In this document: piece by piece, positions 1-6,256 of the stretch
Numbering within the stretch: position 1 is the first letter of the stretch
Layout of the letters: every line of letters starts with the position of its first letter
Source of the DNA: Nanobdellota archaeon
Lineage (GTDB): Archaea > Nanobdellota > Nanobdellia > SCGC-AAA011-G17 > GW2011-AR17
Direction of reading: 5' to 3'
Length of the DNA: 11,446 nucleotides
Assembly: GCA_018830945.1 (NCBI GenBank)
Contig: JAHJRD010000072.1
Coordinates: 1-11,446, forward strand
Notes under the pieces: generated by a model
The model's input: the letters and a program-made list of their open reading frames with translations, nothing else
Databases searched by the model: none
What the model was told of the DNA's origin: nothing
Translations under genes and position numbers: made by a program

Positions 1-148
1 ATACAGAAAAAGAAAAGTATATCCCTTAAGTTACCACTACACTAAAAAGTGACCAAGCGGCTTGAAGAAAATTCTTTAGAGGGAAAAAACGATTTCACAA
101 AATATTCAAAGAAGGAAAACTAACTAAATGCTAAAGTAGGGATATAAG

Positions 149-163
149 AAAAAATAAGAAAAA
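149..163 (-). terminator. oligo-T tracts downstream of the lipoprotein operon
   Basis: On the minus strand, a T5 run (159-163) and a T6 run (149-154) lie 7-21 nt past the stop at 170-172. Archaeal termination typically uses oligo-T. The whole 1-169 flank is T-rich on this strand. Confidence 0.35.
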
Positions 164-169
164 GGAGGC

Positions 170-640
170 TTAAAGCCCCTTCCACCTGTGCCAGTCAGCA
201 AGCTGTTGTGTGACATCAAATCTTCCCAATGCATGGCCGCTGTATGTGCCGAATAGCTCTGTGTATACGCCGGCCCTTAATTCTTCATCTTCAATATCCA
301 TCTCATGGCCTTCTACAATGTCCACACTGCCATCACAATCATTATCTGCCCATGTAAAATCTTCTCCTTGATGCTGGCAGAAAATACGGACTGTTTCTCT
401 TTGGCATTCTGCGCTGCCTGCCGGCTCATATCTTGTCCAGACATATTCATCTATCAAAACTCCACCTTGGACAATTCTTACTGCAAGCTCCAAGGACTCA
501 GGCGTTCTTGTTACATCGCGGTATAAAAATACATCCCCATCCTGCTCTAGAATGTCCCTTTGGCTGTAAGGCATATTTGCGCAGCCAATTCCTGCTGCCA
601 GTGCTATTGTTGTTAATCCTGCTGTTATTGTTCTGTTCAT
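170..640 (-). CDS. small lipoprotein-like secreted protein, paralog B (156 aa), with DNDCDGSVD loop
   Basis: ORF track gives 170..676. I trimmed the start to ATG 638-640 (MNRTITAGL...) for two reasons. A GGAGG (CCTCC on + at 649-653) sits 8 nt upstream, and the longer form would overlap the upstream gene stop (655-657). The hydrophobic N-terminus ends in AAGIGC, which is lipobox-like. DNDCDGSVD is encoded at 320-346. Blocks are colinear with ORF 655..1323. Confidence 0.7.
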   Translation of the reverse strand: MNRTITAGLTTIALAAGIGCANMPYSQRDILEQDGDVFLYRDVTRTPESLELAVRIVQGGVLIDEYVWTRYEPAGSAECQRETVRIFCQHQGEDFTWADNDCDGSVDIVEGHEMDIEDEELRAGVYTELFGTYSGHALGRFDVTQQLADWHRWKGL

Positions 641-648
641 TTTAGTTT

Positions 649-653
649 CCTCC
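649..653 (-). promoter_or_regulatory. Shine-Dalgarno GGAGG for paralog B
   Basis: The minus strand reads TAAAGGAGGAAACTAAAATGAA. This is nearly identical to the initiation region of the upstream paralog. Confidence 0.6.
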
Positions 654-654
654 T

Positions 655-1323
655 TTAATATCCTCTTTCGCGCCATGCCTGCATCATGTTTTCAGCATCC
701 AGTCCTTCCTTGACCTCTGCAAATACCTCATTTGCATCGTCTGTAAGGCGCATATGCTGGCTTGGGTCTTCAAGCTCATCAATCAATATCTCCACCCATG
801 TTCGTAACGGCCTTGTGTATTCCTGCCTGCTGTTGTCATAGCTTCGCGTTTCAGCTGTTTCGCCTGTTAATACATCCAATCCTGCTGAAACAGGAACATT
901 TGCGCAATAATCTTCGCAGACATTCCTGATTATCTGCCCGTAATCCACGCTGCCGTTGCAGTCATTGTCTATATATCTTCTTGTTTCGCCTTTGGCGCCA
1001 GAAAAGATTGCGTCAAAAATATACACTTCCTCGCCTGCGCAGGATCCGTCAGCTGCCTGGTAGCGCCTCCATCCTACTTCTATTGCTTTTGATTCCACAT
1101 TCAGGCTTTTAGGCAGCATGGTGACTGCCATGGATATGTCCAGCAGATACTGGTCGCTTTGCTCATTTAATATAACCCTTGTTCCATCTTCAAATTCAAG
1201 CAAATCCACGCTTCGGCTGTATGCCTGTTGCGTGCCTGCCGGAGCAGACGCGTCTCCTGGCTGTGTGCTTGCTGCTCCGCAGCCTAATACAATTGCTGTT
1301 AATCCTGCTGCTATTTTATTCAT
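655..1323 (-). CDS. lipoprotein-like secreted protein, paralog A (222 aa), with DNDCNGSVD loop
   Basis: ATG at 1321-1323 is preceded by GGAGG (1331-1335) with a 7-nt spacer. The N-terminus MNKIAAGLTAIVLGCGAAS is a signal peptide plus a lipobox-like VLGC. DNDCNGSVD is encoded at 943-969. It shares blocks with ORF 170..640: YSRSVDLLE/YSQRDILE, WRRYQAADGSC..VYIF/WTRYEPAGSAEC..VRIF, and the C-terminal MQAWRERGY/LADWHRWKGL. Confidence 0.75.
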   Translation of the reverse strand: MNKIAAGLTAIVLGCGAASTQPGDASAPAGTQQAYSRSVDLLEFEDGTRVILNEQSDQYLLDISMAVTMLPKSLNVESKAIEVGWRRYQAADGSCAGEEVYIFDAIFSGAKGETRRYIDNDCNGSVDYGQIIRNVCEDYCANVPVSAGLDVLTGETAETRSYDNSRQEYTRPLRTWVEILIDELEDPSQHMRLTDDANEVFAEVKEGLDAENMMQAWRERGY

Positions 1324-1330
1324 TTTATTT

Positions 1331-1335
1331 CCTCC
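1331..1335 (-). promoter_or_regulatory. Shine-Dalgarno GGAGG for paralog A
   Basis: The minus strand reads TAAAGGAGGAAATAAAATGAA. Confidence 0.6.
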
Positions 1336-1374
1336 TTTAGCATAAATTTTATTGCTGAAGGTGGGATGAATTAA

Positions 1375-1390
1375 GGGTTTATATATCTTT
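1375..1390 (-). promoter_or_regulatory. BRE/TATA-like promoter element of the lipoprotein operon (GGGTTTATATATCTTT on +)
   Basis: An A/T-rich TATA-like box lies in the divergent intergenic region, about 55 nt upstream of ATG 1323. That distance fits a short SD-containing leader. The 16-mer is identical to 7629-7644. Confidence 0.45.
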
Positions 1391-1409
1391 GCAGGATTTT
1401 TCCATCAGG

Positions 1410-1417
1410 TTTATAAG
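1410..1417 (+). promoter_or_regulatory. TATA-like box for the M28 peptidase gene
   Basis: TTTATAAG is centred about 27 nt upstream of ATG 1441. No SD is present, which is consistent with a leaderless mRNA. Confidence 0.45.
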
Positions 1418-1440
1418 CTTCTGCTTATACACTCAGCCTT

Positions 1441-2292
1441 ATGGCTAAAACATACTGTATCGGGCTTTTGGCTGCTGCCATGTATGCCCATTGCCCTGGA
1501 ACAGAACAAGTACAGGCAGGACAGCCTTCTCCGGTTGCAGCTGAAATTTCACAGCAGGAAATGTATTCAATGCTTGAGGATTTGTGCGATGCTTCTGACA
1601 ATCATGCAAGAGGGGATATTGTTATCAGGGAATTGGAAGCAATTGGAATAGATTATCAGATACAGGCTTTTGAAAGAGAAGGAAACAATTACAGGAATAT
1701 AATTGCAAAGATTGATGTTGAGAATGAAACAGCCAATCTTGCGGTTTCAGCGCATTATGACAGGGTTGATGTTGGATGCGGCGTAATTGACAATGGCGCC
1801 GGTGTTGCTGAGCTTATCAGTGTATTAAAAGAAGTCAAGGAAAATCCAAGAACTAATGATTTGACATTCCTGTTTTTTGACGGCGAGGAAGAGGGATTGT
1901 TAGGTTCTGCTTATTATGTTGCGAATATAGAGGAGCCTTTTGACGCGCTTTTCAACTTTGATTTAGGGGCTTTTGGAGATACAATTAGAGTAAGCCTGGG
2001 AATCGCCCCTCCAAAATTTGATGAAACTATTTATTCAACTGAATCTCTTAACCAGTTTGTGTTTGAATTATGCGAGGAACAAGGCATGCCTTATATTTAC
2101 ATTAATGGTTCGCAAGACAATGTCAGCTTTAACAGGGCTGGGATGCCTGCTACAGGTGTTGGCATTATCCAGGGAGACCCCTCAATAACTGAGTTTCATG
2201 TTAATGACGAAACTGACACAATGCAGTATGTTGACAGGGATATCTTAACGAAAATGAGGGATTTTATGCTTTTAATATTGGACAGGTATTAA
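1441..2292 (+). CDS. M28-family zinc aminopeptidase, secreted or membrane-anchored
   Basis: The M28 metal-ligand pattern appears in order: AHYDRV (H-x-D), IDNGAGV (bridging Asp), FFDGEEEGLLGS (Glu-Glu), FNFDLG, and FHVNDETD (the distal His). The N-terminus MAKTYCIGLLAAAMYAHC is hydrophobic. Confidence 0.85.
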   Translation: MAKTYCIGLLAAAMYAHCPGTEQVQAGQPSPVAAEISQQEMYSMLEDLCDASDNHARGDIVIRELEAIGIDYQIQAFEREGNNYRNIIAKIDVENETANLAVSAHYDRVDVGCGVIDNGAGVAELISVLKEVKENPRTNDLTFLFFDGEEEGLLGSAYYVANIEEPFDALFNFDLGAFGDTIRVSLGIAPPKFDETIYSTESLNQFVFELCEEQGMPYIYINGSQDNVSFNRAGMPATGVGIIQGDPSITEFHVNDETDTMQYVDRDILTKMRDFMLLILDRY

Positions 2293-3245
2293 TTCTGCAA
2301 ATGAGAAAGATGCTTTATTCTCTTCAGCATATTAGGGTGCGTTGTAAACAATTCCATCACTTTATCTCCTGTCCCAAGCTTTATATCCCTGTGCTTTAGC
2401 TCAGCCAGTTCATACTTGTCCAAAGTGCCGCTCATGTCCTTGTCCAATGCCTTTAATTCCTTTATGTCAGTGCCTGCGTGCGCAGGATCATTTGCAAAAA
2501 AAGCCCTGCATCCTTCTGCTGCCTTTAGCTCTGCTTTAGATGCTGTTGCAGAACCATACACTAATTTGTACAATGCAGACGCCAGTTCATGCGGCTCGTT
2601 CCCTAATTCAACAGCTCCTTTGTCAGCATAATACTCTCTTATTCTTGAGCCGTAAAGAACAAGCAGATTCGTTACAAAATACAGGACAAAAGCAGCAATG
2701 CCAATAAGAGCGGCATTCCCTCTGTCTCTTCTTCCTGAAAACATAAAGCTCCATGCAAGGTGCCAGCAAATCATGGGAATAACACTTAATAAAGTAATTA
2801 CAGCAACATCCCTGTTTTTCAAGTGCGAAATCTCATGCCCAATGACTGCTTTTAATTCTTTCTTAGTCAATAGGTTCATTATCCCGCGGGTAACGCAGAC
2901 CCTTCCGTCTTTTTTTGTCCTTCCAAATGCAAATGCGTTTGGCAAGCCCATTTCAGATATTGCGACTCTTGGCTTTGGAATGCCTGCTTTCTCAGCCATT
3001 TCAGTAACCATGGAGTGCAGCTCAGGAGCTTCTGACTGGGATACATACTTTATCTTCATGGTCCATTCAATTATCTTAGGCCCTATCAGATACTGTATTA
3101 TCAGCATGACAGATGCAATCACTGCATAAACATAGAAGTTAGTGACGCCTGCATATCTTGCAATTACTATAACCATAGCATAGACTATTGCAAACATAAG
3201 TGCAATCAAAAAATACATTCTTGCCTGGAGCCACATGTTAATCAA
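2289..3245 (-). CDS. htpX: M48-family membrane zinc metalloprotease HtpX homolog
   Basis: HEISHLKNRD is the HExxH motif and REYYADKGAV contains the distal Glu ligand. There are two N-terminal and two central hydrophobic segments. The length (318 aa) and architecture are typical of archaeal HtpX. The true start could be the second Met (MINM...). Confidence 0.9.
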   Translation of the reverse strand: MINMWLQARMYFLIALMFAIVYAMVIVIARYAGVTNFYVYAVIASVMLIIQYLIGPKIIEWTMKIKYVSQSEAPELHSMVTEMAEKAGIPKPRVAISEMGLPNAFAFGRTKKDGRVCVTRGIMNLLTKKELKAVIGHEISHLKNRDVAVITLLSVIPMICWHLAWSFMFSGRRDRGNAALIGIAAFVLYFVTNLLVLYGSRIREYYADKGAVELGNEPHELASALYKLVYGSATASKAELKAAEGCRAFFANDPAHAGTDIKELKALDKDMSGTLDKYELAELKHRDIKLGTGDKVMELFTTHPNMLKRIKHLSHLQN

Positions 3246-3261
3246 TCCTTATGTTAAAGGG

Positions 3262-3269
3262 TATTTAAA
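3262..3269 (-). promoter_or_regulatory. TATA-like box for htpX
   Basis: The minus strand reads TTTAAATA, centred about 20 nt upstream of ATG 3245 and immediately after the stop of the upstream small ORF. Confidence 0.35.
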
Positions 3270-3271
3270 TC

Positions 3272-3592
3272 TTATTCTCTTAACCTGCCTGCAATGCAGG
3301 CTGTATACCCAATCCCCATCATCAAAAGAAACCATGCTTCTGAATTTCTTGCGCTTTCATATGCCTTCTTCTCCTGTATTATGCTTGGGATATCCTTTAA
3401 ATCATTTAATTCATCCTCAAGCAAAGCATACCTCTCCTGCACCCACGGCCTTTCCACAGCGTTCCTGTGCTCAAGAGCCCTCTCTATTATGCAAATCCTT
3501 TCAACTTGGCTGCTGTAATTTTCCTCTGCCTTTCCATGCGTTACTGCAACGCCTATAGAGCCTGCAAGAGCCAATCCGCATCCTGCAGCCAT
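3272..3592 (-). CDS. small hypothetical membrane protein (106 aa)
   Basis: This is the only ORF here co-oriented with the flanking minus-strand genes. It starts 7 nt after the kinase stop. Both ends are hydrophobic (AAGCGLALAGSIGVAV and AWFLLMMGIGYTACIAG) around a charged helical middle. I recognise no family. Confidence 0.45.
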   Translation of the reverse strand: MAAGCGLALAGSIGVAVTHGKAEENYSSQVERICIIERALEHRNAVERPWVQERYALLEDELNDLKDIPSIIQEKKAYESARNSEAWFLLMMGIGYTACIAGRLRE

Positions 3593-3599
3593 TACTGCC

Positions 3600-4139
3600 T
3601 CAGCAAGCTTCCCTATGTTTATTCACCTCTTTCATCACTTTTTCAACAACTTCATCCACTGCAATGCCAGTGGTGTCAAGCACAGCATCAAACTGCTTTT
3701 CATCATATGGGTCAAGGTTGTAATGCATCTTATATCTTCTCTTGTCATTATCCATTCTTTCCTGCATTTCCTCTCTTGCTTCTTCAACGCTTTTGTAAGT
3801 TTTCTCAGTTTCCCTCTGGTCCTTGAAAACCCTTTCAGCTGCTTTCCTCAAATCAGTCTTGAAAAAGATTTTTAATGATTTTGGCACAAAATGAAATGAC
3901 AATCTTCCTTCAATGACAAAATTATCCTCTTTCTCGCCAATCTCTTTCTGTATATTGTCAAAAAACGTGTCAGTGTCTTCTTTCAGCTGGTTAAACTCAT
4001 AAATAGTAAGCCCTCTTTTTTCAGCAGCTTTTCTTCTCAATTCTCCTACAGAATAATACTTGTAATGAAGCTTTTCAGCGATTATCCTTGCCACAGTTGA
4101 CTTTCCTGAGCCGGGTGTACCGCAGATTGAGATTTGCAT
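3600..4139 (-). CDS. archaeal-type cytidylate kinase-like P-loop NMP kinase, paralog 1
   Basis: P-loop GTPGSGKST. The blocks YYSVGELRRKAAEKRG, EGRL, ERV and DNDKRRYKMHY have the layout I recall for archaeal Cmk (TIGR02173-like). Substrate specificity is not determinable from sequence. Confidence 0.8.
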   Translation of the reverse strand: MQISICGTPGSGKSTVARIIAEKLHYKYYSVGELRRKAAEKRGLTIYEFNQLKEDTDTFFDNIQKEIGEKEDNFVIEGRLSFHFVPKSLKIFFKTDLRKAAERVFKDQRETEKTYKSVEEAREEMQERMDNDKRRYKMHYNLDPYDEKQFDAVLDTTGIAVDEVVEKVMKEVNKHREAC

Positions 4140-4161
4140 TATGAAAAAGAAAGGGAAGGGA

Positions 4162-4169
4162 ATTTAAAA
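4162..4169 (-). promoter_or_regulatory. TATA-like box for kinase paralog 1
   Basis: The minus strand reads TTTTAAAT, overlapping the stop of paralog 2 and centred about 26 nt upstream of ATG 4139. No SD is present. Confidence 0.35.
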
Positions 4170-4697
4170 GCGTTTGCTGTCGATAATGCTTATGACTTTT
4201 TCAACAACCTCTGGTATAGAAAGCCTGCTTGTATCAATCACATGGTTAAAATGCCCGTGATTATAGCAGTCAACGCCGTAATGCTTTGAATACCGCTCTG
4301 TGTCATTCTGCATTCTTTCCCTTACATCCGCAAGAACATCCTCTTTTGAAGAATATTTTCTCTCGCTGCTCCTCGGGTCATTGAAGATTCTTTCAGCAGA
4401 CACTTCTGCTTCGCACCTGAAATAAATCTTCACTGACTCTGGCATGAAATGAAAAGCCAGCCTGCCCTCATTGACAAAGTTATCACCTATTTTCCCCAGC
4501 TCTTTCTGGTACTCGTCAACCACCTCGTCGGTGTTTTCAGGCAGGCTGTTAAATTCGTCTATGGTAAGCCCCCGTGATTCCGCAATCTCCCTCCTGATTG
4601 CGCCCATTGAATAGAATTTGTAGCCAAGCTTTTCAGCAACAAGCCTTGCGACAGTGCTTTTTCCCGCGCCAGGCACACCCCCTATTGTTATTTGCAT
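4164..4697 (-). CDS. archaeal-type cytidylate kinase-like P-loop NMP kinase, paralog 2
   Basis: P-loop GVPGAGKST. It aligns without gaps to paralog 1, with about half of positions identical by my hand count. Confidence 0.8.
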   Translation of the reverse strand: MQITIGGVPGAGKSTVARLVAEKLGYKFYSMGAIRREIAESRGLTIDEFNSLPENTDEVVDEYQKELGKIGDNFVNEGRLAFHFMPESVKIYFRCEAEVSAERIFNDPRSSERKYSSKEDVLADVRERMQNDTERYSKHYGVDCYNHGHFNHVIDTSRLSIPEVVEKVISIIDSKRF

Positions 4698-4717
4698 ATA
4701 GAGAAGGAATGTTTGTT

Positions 4718-4727
4718 TAATATAAAA
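4718..4727 (-). promoter_or_regulatory. TATA-like box for kinase paralog 2
   Basis: The minus strand reads TTTTATATTA, centred about 25 nt upstream of ATG 4697. Confidence 0.4.
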
Positions 4728-4766
4728 GGATTATAGCAAGTGTAATGTATATGTTGGAGGATATAC

Positions 4767-6212
4767 TTACTTAATCAATCCATAGCCAATCAATCTAAAG
4801 CGATGCCCTAATAACCTAGATATTGTTATCTTGTTATTTTTTCTTGCGCAGACAGGCCTTTTCAGCATAATATGAATTGATTCCTTGCTTATGTTGCTGA
4901 CAACGCCTGTTGTAACGCTTGAATTCACATTAAGCATCAGAGATTCGCCTTTCTTTATCGGCTCAACAGCCATCTCTTTTTCAGAACCCACAACCCTTTC
5001 AAGCAATTTTGGCGTTAAATCAACTTCATACAAAGTGTCAGGCAATTTTCCGGGCAGGCCAACTATGTTTCCTGCCAAAGCATCAGACTTTACAAGCGCA
5101 GGATCAAGCATTGTCATCAATGCTATTGAGCCGCCGGGAGTTGCTTCATTAATATCATTCTCTCCTGTTTTTATGCTGACAATCTCTGTTGTGATTGGAA
5201 TCCACTGCATCCTTCCTTCTTTTTCCTTTTTCCTGCCAGGCCTTATCTCTATCTTCTGCCCTTTTTTTAAAACCCCTTCCTTTAATGCTCCGCCAAGAAT
5301 GCCGCCTGTGATTTTCTCAGGCTTTGTGCCTGGCTTGTTTATGTCAAAGCTTCTTGCGACAAACATCATTGGGTCTTTTGTCACGTCTCTCTCAGGGGTC
5401 TTGAACAGCTCTTCAATTGCGTAAATAAGCATGTCAACATTTATGCCCTGCTGTGCAACCATTGGTATTACAGGGGCGTTTTCAGCAAAAGTGCCTTTTG
5501 TAAACGCCTTTATCTGCTCATAATTCTTTGCAGCATCCTCTTCTGAGACAAGGTCAATCTTGTTCTGCACTATGATTATGTTTTTCACATCGCCTATTTC
5601 CAAAGCCATCAGGTGCTCTTTTGTCTGCGGCTGCGGGCATTGCTCGTTTGCAGCTATCAAAAGTATTGCGCAGTCCATTATTGCAGAGCCTGAAAGCATC
5701 GTTGCCATCAGTGTTTCATGGCCAGGAGCGTCAACAAATGACACTCTTCTTAATGGGGTACATCTTGACTTGCATTTAGGGCATACTGCTGCTGATGTGT
5801 AAGCTTCAAACCCCTTGCATTTTGGGCATTTGTAGAAGACAGTGTTTGCGTATCCTAATCTTATTGTAATGCCTCTCTTGATTTCCTCGCTGTGGGTGTC
5901 TGTCCATTTGCCTGTTAGCTTTGAAACTAATGTTGTTTTGCCGTGGTCAACATGCCCTATCATGCCTATGTTGATTTCAGGCTGGATTCTTTTTAATTCA
6001 GGGATTGGCTCTTCCTTCTCAGGAAGGGCTTCCTTTAAAGGCGCCTTCTCTTCTTTTGCTTTTTTTGGTTTTGGAGATTTTTTCTCTTTTTTAGCAGGTG
6101 ATTTTTTTGGAGCTTTTGGTTTCTTCTTAGGCGCTTCTTCAGCAGCTGCTTTTTCAGCCTCCAAAGGCTTTTCAGCTGATTCTTCTGTCTTTTTCTTCCT
6201 TGGCATGTTCAT
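4767..6212 (-). CDS. eif2g: translation initiation factor aIF2 gamma subunit with a Lys-rich N-terminal extension
   Basis: G1 GHVDHGKTTL, G3 DAPGHE and G4 NKID are present. The Cys4 knuckle is CPKC...CPKC. The conserved entry QPEINIGMIGH begins only at residue 77. Total length is 481 aa, against roughly 410 aa for typical aIF2-gamma (from memory). Confidence 0.95.
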   Translation of the reverse strand: MNMPRKKKTEESAEKPLEAEKAAAEEAPKKKPKAPKKSPAKKEKKSPKPKKAKEEKAPLKEALPEKEEPIPELKRIQPEINIGMIGHVDHGKTTLVSKLTGKWTDTHSEEIKRGITIRLGYANTVFYKCPKCKGFEAYTSAAVCPKCKSRCTPLRRVSFVDAPGHETLMATMLSGSAIMDCAILLIAANEQCPQPQTKEHLMALEIGDVKNIIIVQNKIDLVSEEDAAKNYEQIKAFTKGTFAENAPVIPMVAQQGINVDMLIYAIEELFKTPERDVTKDPMMFVARSFDINKPGTKPEKITGGILGGALKEGVLKKGQKIEIRPGRKKEKEGRMQWIPITTEIVSIKTGENDINEATPGGSIALMTMLDPALVKSDALAGNIVGLPGKLPDTLYEVDLTPKLLERVVGSEKEMAVEPIKKGESLMLNVNSSVTTGVVSNISKESIHIMLKRPVCARKNNKITISRLLGHRFRLIGYGLIK

Positions 6213-6227
6213 TAGTGAATAGGCGGA

Positions 6228-6237
6228 TATTTATAAA
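6228..6237 (-). promoter_or_regulatory. TATA-like box for aIF2-gamma, bracketed by a 7-bp inverted repeat
   Basis: The minus strand reads GGTTTATAAATATCC, centred about 20 nt upstream of ATG 6212. The arms GCGGATA (6223-6229) and TATCCGC (6240-6246) flank it. Confidence 0.45.
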
Positions 6238-6256
6238 CCTATCCGCATGTAGGAGG

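Noticed and set aside
1-169. Possible tRNA or ORF in the purine-rich left flank, including a GGAGG at 164-168 on the + strand
   Set aside because: It has no cloverleaf features (no T-loop GTTCRA motif and no acceptor pairing). No start codon follows the GGAGG. The only frame open from the window edge ends after 14 codons (stop 43-45) and cannot be supported. The region is best read as the T-rich 3' flank of the minus-strand operon.
641-676. Longer N-terminus (MARKRILKEETK) for ORF 170..676
   Set aside because: It would overlap the stop of the upstream paralog and read through the GGAGG. The ATG at 638-640 has ideal SD spacing and starts directly with the signal peptide, matching its paralog.
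170-1323. Impression that the lipoprotein genes are more GC-rich than the rest, suggesting horizontal acquisition
   Set aside because: I only hand-counted a few 60-nt lines and found large local variation everywhere (roughly 28-53%). Without a proper sliding-window GC and codon-usage calculation, this is not a supportable claim.
2698-3129. 143-aa + strand ORF, plus 2416..2631, antisense to htpX
   Set aside because: These are shadow frames of a well-supported M48 protease gene with no recognisable motifs.
3235-3826. Three overlapping + strand ORFs (3235..3558, 3294..3518, 3467..3826)
   Set aside because: They overlap each other, the kinase gene and the co-oriented 106-aa minus ORF. Their Cys/Leu/Ser-rich compositions are not protein-like. 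The 106-aa call is itself only moderate confidence.
4885-5424. 179-aa + strand ORF, plus 5560..5802 and 5842..6222, antisense to aIF2-gamma
   Set aside because: They lie entirely within the strongly supported aIF2-gamma CDS on the other strand. Their F/S/L-rich, low-complexity translations are typical shadow ORFs of a K/E-rich gene. They have no start context.
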